A stretch of 12,834 nt of DNA from Candidatus Aegiribacteria sp. (lineage in GTDB: Bacteria; Fermentibacterota; Fermentibacteria; Fermentibacterales; JCC-6). Shown here piece by piece: positions 7,654 to 12,834 of this stretch. The notes under the pieces are model-generated. The model did not search any database. It had not been told where the DNA came from and saw nothing but the letters and a program-made list of their open reading frames with translations. The first letter of the stretch is position 1, and every line of letters begins with the position of its first letter. The DNA lies in contig JAWOBF010000062.1 in the NCBI GenBank assembly GCA_046498225.1, positions 1 through 12,834 of the forward strand, given 5' to 3'. Both the position numbers and the translations under genes were made by a program.

Positions 7654-8604
7654 TCACTGCAGCATGTCGAAGGCCGCAGAAGCGGCCCGGGCTCCGTCGG
7701 ACACGGCTGTGACTATCTGACGCAGTTCGTTGTCCGTTACGTCGCCGGCTGCGAAAACGTTACTTCTGGATGTATGCACGATATCGCTGGTTCTGACCGT
7801 TCCGTTGTCGTTCAGGTCCACCAGTTCACTGAAGGGTTCCGTGGCCGGCTTCCTTCCCACGTAGATGAAAACTCCGTCCAGATCGATCCTGTTCCGGCCC
7901 TCGGGAGTCTCCACCACTGCCGATTCCACGTTCTCCTCTCCCTCGATTGCCTTGAGCACCGTATTCCAGAGGACGATGCAGTTCCCGCACGAGAGGAGCT
8001 TCTCTGTGAGGTAGGGTTCCGCCCGGAATTTGTCCCGCCTGTGAATAAGGGTGAGTCTCGAGGCGAACTCCGACAGGTGAAGAGCCTCCTTGACAGCGCT
8101 GTCGCCGCCCCCGACTACCATCACATGGGCACCTTTGAAGAACGGAGCGTCGCAGGTGGCGCAGTAGCTTACTCCACGTCCGTAGAACTTGTCCTCACCC
8201 GGTATTCCCAGCCTGGCGGGGGCTGCGCCGGTGGCTATGATCAGGTACCTGGCCAGGTAAACGGTGGAATCGGCCCTGACCTCTATCAAGTCACCGGAGG
8301 TGGAGGGAACGGCGGAAGTAACCGTTGCCGATTCGAAAACCGCTCCCCAGCTCTCCGCCTGTTCCTTCATGCCCGTGGCAAGGTCTCCGCCGGCAATTCG
8401 TTCTATTCCCGGGTAGTTCTCTATCCAGGCTGTCAGGGCCGCCTGACCACCCGGCTGATAGCTCTCCAGAACCACGTGGTCCATGCCGTACCTCGCGGCG
8501 TACAGAGCGGCTGATATAGCGGCCGGACCCCCTCCGGCTATGATAAGGTCCACCTCTCTTCCCTCTTCGGAACTTCTGCCTACCAGTCCTGTCTTCAGGT
8601 CCAT
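7654..8604 (-). CDS. trxB: Thioredoxin-disulfide reductase (NADPH, low-Mr TrxR)
   Basis: FAD-binding GGGPAA, IENYPG, IIATGA, redox-active GRGVSYCATCD, NADPH-binding GGGDSA and HRRDKFRA, and VFAAGDV...RQIVTAVSDG. Confidence 0.96.
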   Translation of the reverse strand: MDLKTGLVGRSSEEGREVDLIIAGGGPAAISAALYAARYGMDHVVLESYQPGGQAALTAWIENYPGIERIAGGDLATGMKEQAESWGAVFESATVTSAVPSTSGDLIEVRADSTVYLARYLIIATGAAPARLGIPGEDKFYGRGVSYCATCDAPFFKGAHVMVVGGGDSAVKEALHLSEFASRLTLIHRRDKFRAEPYLTEKLLSCGNCIVLWNTVLKAIEGEENVESAVVETPEGRNRIDLDGVFIYVGRKPATEPFSELVDLNDNGTVRTSDIVHTSRSNVFAAGDVTDNELRQIVTAVSDGARAASAAFDMLQ

Positions 8605-8609
8605 GGCTG

Positions 8610-8945
8610 TCAGTCCAGCCTGGAGTCTGCCAGGCTTTCCAGCTGACGCTGAAGGGCGTTCCTGTCACGGAAGCCCACCATTCTCTCTATCTCCTGGCCT
8701 GAATGAAAGACAATCATTGTGGGAACACCGCGGATTCCGAATTCCGAGGACACCTCAGGGCTCTCGTCCACGTCGATGTGGTAGAAATAGACCCTGTCGT
8801 CCAGGTCTTCGGAAACCTTGTCCAGTACCGGGTCCAGCATCTTGCACGGGCCGCACCACGTAGCGCTGAAGTCCACCAGTGATATCTTGTCTTCCTTTGC
8901 TGTCAGCGAAGCTATTTCGCTTCCCTTGATGTGCTTGACGGCCAT
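8610..8945 (-). CDS. trxA: Thioredoxin
   Basis: LVDFSATWCGPCK active site and GIRGVPT cis-Pro loop, 111 aa. Strong RBS AAGGAGG at 8957-8951. Confidence 0.97.
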   Translation of the reverse strand: MAVKHIKGSEIASLTAKEDKISLVDFSATWCGPCKMLDPVLDKVSEDLDDRVYFYHIDVDESPEVSSEFGIRGVPTMIVFHSGQEIERMVGFRDRNALQRQLESLADSRLD

Positions 8946-8970
8946 TGAGGCCTCCTTTCGTTAAAAAAGT

Positions 8971-8988
8971 TCGTTACACATTTCACAA
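8971..8988. promoter_or_regulatory. Rex-like operator (imperfect)
   Basis: Minus strand TTGTGAA-ATGT-GTAACGA versus the Rex consensus TTGTGAA-N4-TTCACAA: one perfect half-site and one 4/7 half-site, 25 bp upstream of the trxA ATG. Confidence 0.45.
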
Positions 8989-9003
8989 GCATTTTTGTTG
9001 CCA
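8988..9003 (-). promoter_or_regulatory. Candidate sigma-54 (-24/-12) promoter of the trx operon
   Basis: Minus strand TGGCAACAAAAATGCT versus consensus TGGCACG-N4-TTGCW: exact GG-N10-GC spacing, with TGGCA and TGCT conserved. Implied start site near 8977, about 30 nt upstream of trxA. Confidence 0.5.
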
Positions 9004-9171
9004 TGCTCCAGCCGCGTCCTCAACGGGTTACCGCGCAAACAGTAGCATTCAGGCCCGTCAACGACAGGCGGCAGCCGGAAGGCGACGGGGACGGCATAGT
9101 GGCGCGCCCGCCGTGGCGTCCTTCCGTGTATTATATTTTCAGGCTATTATCATACAGAATGCATTGGATTT

Positions 9172-10296
9172 ATGCACGGGGAGAGAAAAATATTGTCCAG
9201 GAGGCTTGAGACAGCCGGCAGAAGGCTCCTAGCGAAATATCTGCATCGCGCCCGCGGCGGAGGGGAGCCCCTAACCCGTGTTCCGCCGGGGGCCGGGCTT
9301 CGGAATATCCTGCTGATGAGGTGGGACGCAGTAGGGGACATGATGGTGTGCCTTCCCTACTTCAGGAAGGTAAGGGAGCTGTTTCCCGAAGCCCGGGTAG
9401 GAATAGTGGTTTCCCGAAGGAACGGGATTCTCCTCAGGCATGAGAGGGAGTTTCACACCATACTCTACGACAGCGCCCCGTCTGTCTTTCTGGGGAGCCT
9501 TCGCGAGGCCAGGGACTTCGGGCCGGACGCAGTGGTGGACACAAGGATGCACTACGACTCTACCACATCTTTCATCTACGGACTTCTCTCCGGTGCCGGA
9601 TGGATGCTCTCAGCGGAGAACCGGGACAACAGGCTGCCATTCAACGTACGGGTCCCGATGCCCGCCGAAAGGACCCACAACGCCGACATGACCAGGATCC
9701 TGCTTGAAGGACTGGGAAGGGATATCGATGATTCGAGGCTGGACCGGCGGGTAAGGCTGTCCGCCGCGGAGAGGGAGTTCGCCGACGACTTCTGGAGGGA
9801 GGCCGGCCTGGGCCTCAGGAACAGGCTGATCGGAATAAACATGTCCGCCCGGGATCCCCGGAACAGGTGGCCCGTCTCCAGGGTGGAGGAGCTCAGCGTC
9901 AGACTGCTGGAACGCGGCCACAGACCGGTCCTGATGTCAATTCCCCCGGAGAGGGAGGGCGCCGCGGCCATCGCCGCCCGCCTTCCCGGGGTCATCGCGG
10001 CGCCGGAATGTCCCACCATCCTCCACGCCGCGGCCCTCCTGCGGGACATCGCCATGTTCATTACTCCCGATACGGGGCTTGTGCATCTTGCCTCTTCCTA
10101 TGACATTCCAGTTGTGGGCCTCTACCGGGCCAACGAGGAACATCTTCCCCTCTGGTTCCCCTGGAGGGTGGAGAGCGAGGTGCTGATGGACTCCCAAAGG
10201 GTCGGGAATATTCAGGTCGACGAAGTGATGCGGGCTGTTATAAGGCTGGCTGAAAGAACCGCGGCAGTCGAGATGGAATCATGGCCGGATTGCTGA
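9172..10296 (+). CDS. Glycosyltransferase family 9 (ADP-heptose:LPS heptosyltransferase-like), paralog 1
   Basis: ILLMRWDAVGDMM...P and TPDTGLVHLASSYDIPVVGLY are GT9 signatures; also IGINMSA...NRWP. An alternative in-frame TTG start at 9193 has a GGGAG RBS. Confidence 0.9.
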   Translation: MHGERKILSRRLETAGRRLLAKYLHRARGGGEPLTRVPPGAGLRNILLMRWDAVGDMMVCLPYFRKVRELFPEARVGIVVSRRNGILLRHEREFHTILYDSAPSVFLGSLREARDFGPDAVVDTRMHYDSTTSFIYGLLSGAGWMLSAENRDNRLPFNVRVPMPAERTHNADMTRILLEGLGRDIDDSRLDRRVRLSAAEREFADDFWREAGLGLRNRLIGINMSARDPRNRWPVSRVEELSVRLLERGHRPVLMSIPPEREGAAAIAARLPGVIAAPECPTILHAAALLRDIAMFITPDTGLVHLASSYDIPVVGLYRANEEHLPLWFPWRVESEVLMDSQRVGNIQVDEVMRAVIRLAERTAAVEMESWPDC

Positions 10297-11369
10297 AGAA
10301 ACTGGAGACCGGCGGAAGGAGATTGCTCTTCCGGGGACTGGCGCCGGGACTTTCTTCCTCTGAGGTGATTCCCTCGATTCCACAGGGAGAGGAGCTCACC
10401 GGCATTCTCCTGCTGAGACAGGACAGGATAGGGGACATGATAATGACGCTTCCCCTGCTTCGAAAGCTCAAAGAGGTGCATCCCAGGGCCGGGCTGTACG
10501 TTGTTGCATCCGAATCCAACCGCATTATCCTGAAGCACGAGCCGGACATCGATGTCATCCGGTACTCAAAAAACCCGGCGGACTTCGTGTCCTCCCTTCT
10601 GCAGGTCAGGGAGTACGCCCCCGAAGCCGCGGTTGACATGCACATGCACGACTCCACGACATCTCTGGTCTATTCACTCGCCTCCGGGGCCAGGTGGAGG
10701 CTTCACGTGGACAGGGACAACAGGCTGCCGTACAACGTCAGGGTTGCCGCCCCGCAGGACGGCCACATCATGGACGCCTTCGCCGGACTCCTGTCCGGTC
10801 TGGGAAGACCGGTCGGCACCGACACTCTGGACAGGGAGGTCAGCCTTTCCCGCGAGGAGACCGATTACGCCAGGCGCTTCTGGGATAGCGCGGGATTCCT
10901 TCCCGGTGACTGCGCGGCGGTCAATATCTCCGCCGGCGGTCCCAACCGGGAGTGGGAAACGGAGAAGTACGCCTCGGTATGCAGGGACCTGCTCTCCATG
11001 GGACTGGTGCCCCTTCTGGTCGCCCACTCCTCTGACCGGGAGAGGGGGGAAGCCATTGTCCGCCGGGTGGAGGGTTCCGCCATGGCGCCGCCCACTCCCA
11101 CCATCCTTCACCTTGCGGCCCTCCTCAGGGGAGCGGTGCTGCTGGTGAGCCCGGACACTTCGGTGATACACCTTGCGGCCTCCATGGGAATACCCGTGGT
11201 GGGCATGTACCTTCCCTTCGACCCCTCGCTGCCGAAATGGTACCCGTGGCATGTCGAAAATGAAGTGATAACGGCCGATGATGAAATATCGCTGGCGTCC
11301 GTGAGCCCTGACAGGGTGAGCGATGCGGTGAGGAAGCTTGTCTCCGGTTCTATCCGGTCAGGTCAGTAG
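10281..11369 (+). CDS. Glycosyltransferase family 9 (ADP-heptose:LPS heptosyltransferase-like), paralog 2
   Basis: ILLLRQDRIGDMIMTLP, AVNISAGGPNREW and SPDTSVIHLAASMGIPVVGMY motifs. Overlaps paralog 1 by 16 bp. Confidence 0.92.
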   Translation: MAGLLKKLETGGRRLLFRGLAPGLSSSEVIPSIPQGEELTGILLLRQDRIGDMIMTLPLLRKLKEVHPRAGLYVVASESNRIILKHEPDIDVIRYSKNPADFVSSLLQVREYAPEAAVDMHMHDSTTSLVYSLASGARWRLHVDRDNRLPYNVRVAAPQDGHIMDAFAGLLSGLGRPVGTDTLDREVSLSREETDYARRFWDSAGFLPGDCAAVNISAGGPNREWETEKYASVCRDLLSMGLVPLLVAHSSDRERGEAIVRRVEGSAMAPPTPTILHLAALLRGAVLLVSPDTSVIHLAASMGIPVVGMYLPFDPSLPKWYPWHVENEVITADDEISLASVSPDRVSDAVRKLVSGSIRSGQ

Positions 11370-12610
11370 AGTCCGAACACGTATTTGTGCCACGCTGAAT
11401 GATGCCAGGGCCCTGCGCTGGCCCAGGGAACGTCCGCCAGCATTGCCAGACCCACAGCGAACAGTATTGCCAGGAGGACCATAGCAGGCACCGACCTGTG
11501 GTTGTCTATCCATTCCGCAACGAAGAGGAAAAGAAGCGGCATAGCGTGTATCATCCATCTGAATCCCGCGCAGACACCGCCGTAATTCCTCGTACGTATT
11601 CCGAGGAACAGAATTACGGCCAGAACAGGTATTCCCACCGCTATCGCTTCCCGCTTCTTACCGGTCTTTTTACGGACGGCCCCCGCCATGCTCCAGGCCG
11701 CCAGAAGGAATACCGGTGTCATGGAGAACAGTCCGTGGTGACCCAGCAGTATATGGAAGAAGTAGATATGCCTGGGCTCTCTGAGCGCGTCTATCCCCAC
11801 CGGGTCGGACCAGTACCCCCCCTGGAAAAGGTAGAGCTCAGGGCGCAGGTAGACCGGAAGCAATGAACCTGTAGCGGCCAGGTTCACCGCGAAGTGCGCC
11901 GCAACAGGAAGTGCCGCTGCCGGAAGGAACAGCATGATGGTCCTTCTGCGTTGTGCGGAGAAGAGATAGGCGGCAAATCCCAGAGTGAAGAATCCTCCCC
12001 AGAACTCAAAGGTGGAGGCAACTCCGGCCAGAAGGCCTGACAGTATCCAGAAGACCGGTTTCTCCTTCCGCCGGCTCACGATAAGGAAGGCCAGGTAGAA
12101 GGATATGAGCAGACATGCCGCCGCCGGTGTGTGATTATTGAAGTCCGTGGCATATCCAAGGCCCAGGAAGTTGAAGGTGAAGACGAGCAGCCCCAGGGTC
12201 ACGGTCCTTCTGGAATCGGTCCATACCAGAAGAAAGCGGTAGAAGAAGTACAGGAGAAGGAGGTAGGGAATCACACCCGTGAGGATGTTGACGAAACCCA
12301 CTGCAGTCTGCCGGTCTGTATGGAAGGTAGTCCCCGTCAGCTCCGAAAATACCAGGTATCCGCCGGCGGCCAGCAGCGGGAGCATGGGGGGTTTCGAGGA
12401 GTAGGTTCTGCCCTCGATAACCACACGGTCGGCGGTGTCCCGGAATGGAGAGCCGTCAATCGCGAAAGTACCTCTGTGCACCAGTGACTCCACTGTGGCC
12501 ATCCGGCTGGCTGAGTTGCAGTGGGTGCTGGTCTGGAGAAGGGAGACAGCTACAGCCGCTGATACGGCGAGGCATGCGATCAGGACGGCCGTGGGATTAA
12601 GACTTTTCAA
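11363..12610 (-). CDS. Multi-pass membrane protein, GT-C (ArnT/PMT-like) glycosyltransferase candidate, about 415 aa
   Basis: About ten hydrophobic segments, with an extracytoplasmic loop after TM1 (SRMATVESLV.RGTFAID...D...GRTYSSKPP), FNNH, HHGLFSMTP and a late GG..AGFRW...AMP motif. Likely start is TTG 12610 overlapping the upstream TGA (TTGA). The ORF-track extension to 12754 lies inside the sugar transferase. Confidence 0.7.
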   Translation of the reverse strand: MKSLNPTAVLIACLAVSAAVAVSLLQTSTHCNSASRMATVESLVHRGTFAIDGSPFRDTADRVVIEGRTYSSKPPMLPLLAAGGYLVFSELTGTTFHTDRQTAVGFVNILTGVIPYLLLLYFFYRFLLVWTDSRRTVTLGLLVFTFNFLGLGYATDFNNHTPAAACLLISFYLAFLIVSRRKEKPVFWILSGLLAGVASTFEFWGGFFTLGFAAYLFSAQRRRTIMLFLPAAALPVAAHFAVNLAATGSLLPVYLRPELYLFQGGYWSDPVGIDALREPRHIYFFHILLGHHGLFSMTPVFLLAAWSMAGAVRKKTGKKREAIAVGIPVLAVILFLGIRTRNYGGVCAGFRWMIHAMPLLFLFVAEWIDNHRSVPAMVLLAILFAVGLAMLADVPWASAGPWHHSAWHKYVFGLY

Positions 12611-12834
12611 TAGGCGCCCTTTCGGAACAGGACTGCGGGAATAGTCATAATCAGGATGGAGATGTCGAGCCAGATCGACCAGTTGTCTACGTAGTAGAGG
12701 TCCAGCTTCACCATCTCCCTGTAGCTCAGGTCGTTCCTTCCGGACACCTGGCACACGCCTGTCATTCCCGGGGGCACCTCAAGCTTCTTGAAATGCTTCA
12801 TGGAGTACCGGCTGACCTCCTCCGGGACGTGAGG
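12607..12834 (-). CDS. Bacterial sugar transferase (WbaP/WcaJ/CpsE-type undecaprenyl-phosphate sugar phosphotransferase), 3' end
   Basis: Frame is open to the window edge: PHVPEEVSRYSMKHFKKLEVPPGMTGVCQVSGRNDLSYREMVKLDLYYVDNWSIWLDISILIMTIPAVLFRKGAY, the standard Bac_transf C-terminus (PG.TG..QV.GR, LD.YY..NWS.WLD..I...T, GAY). Confidence 0.93.
   Translation of the reverse strand, partial: PHVPEEVSRYSMKHFKKLEVPPGMTGVCQVSGRNDLSYREMVKLDLYYVDNWSIWLDISILIMTIPAVLFRKGAY

Noticed and set aside
4511..8514. Long antisense ORFs (4511..5365 -, 6292..6963 +, 7618..8514 +) and similar shadow ORFs across the window
   Set aside because: They lie opposite well-supported genes, have no recognisable motifs, and are expected in GC-rich coding DNA.
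6945..8945. Selenocysteine read-through in trxA/trxB/pdo (all end in TGA)
   Set aside because: All CxxC motifs are encoded with Cys, the proteins are full length at their TGA, and read-through would run into the next gene or meet another stop within a few codons.
8945..9232. Small ORFs in the trx/GT9 intergenic region (8945..9232, 9003..9209) as possible TldDE-processed RiPP precursors
   Set aside because: No clear RBS or leader/core pattern, they overlap the GT9 start and regulatory motifs, and no YcaO, radical SAM or other modifying enzyme is in the window.
12611..12754. N-terminal extension of the 11363..12754 ORF
   Set aside because: It lies within the conserved sugar-transferase C-terminus. 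A TTG at 12610 overlapping that gene's stop is the more plausible start.
1..12834. CRISPR arrays, tRNA/rRNA, IS elements, integrases, riboswitches
   Set aside because: No regularly spaced DNA repeats, cloverleaf, terminal inverted repeats, transposase motifs or recognisable aptamer seen. The TPR periodicity is at the protein level only.

Overview
Bacterial chromosomal window, probably from a diderm, LPS-making anaerobe (inference). Left to right: (i) the 5' part of a secreted hypothetical protein on the minus strand (1-476, missed by the ORF track) and a decayed FG-GAP/VCBS repeat fragment; (ii) a secreted protein made only of 17 TPR repeats; (iii) a + strand rseC-like / tldD / tldE(pmbA-like) operon; (iv) a convergent - strand operon trxA-trxB-pdo (two-CxxC protein disulfide oxidoreductase) plus an uncharacterised signal-peptide protein that looks like an outer-membrane beta-barrel with an HECFH motif, preceded by a candidate sigma-54 -24/-12 promoter abutting a Rex-like box; (v) two tandem GT9 (heptosyltransferase-family) paralogs, converging on a GT-C-like multi-pass membrane protein and the 3' end of a polyprenyl-phosphate sugar (priming) transferase. 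I saw no RNA genes, CRISPR arrays or mobile elements. The best lead is the barrel-like protein coupled to the thioredoxin system and that operon's regulatory layout. All family calls come from motif recognition by eye, not database searches.
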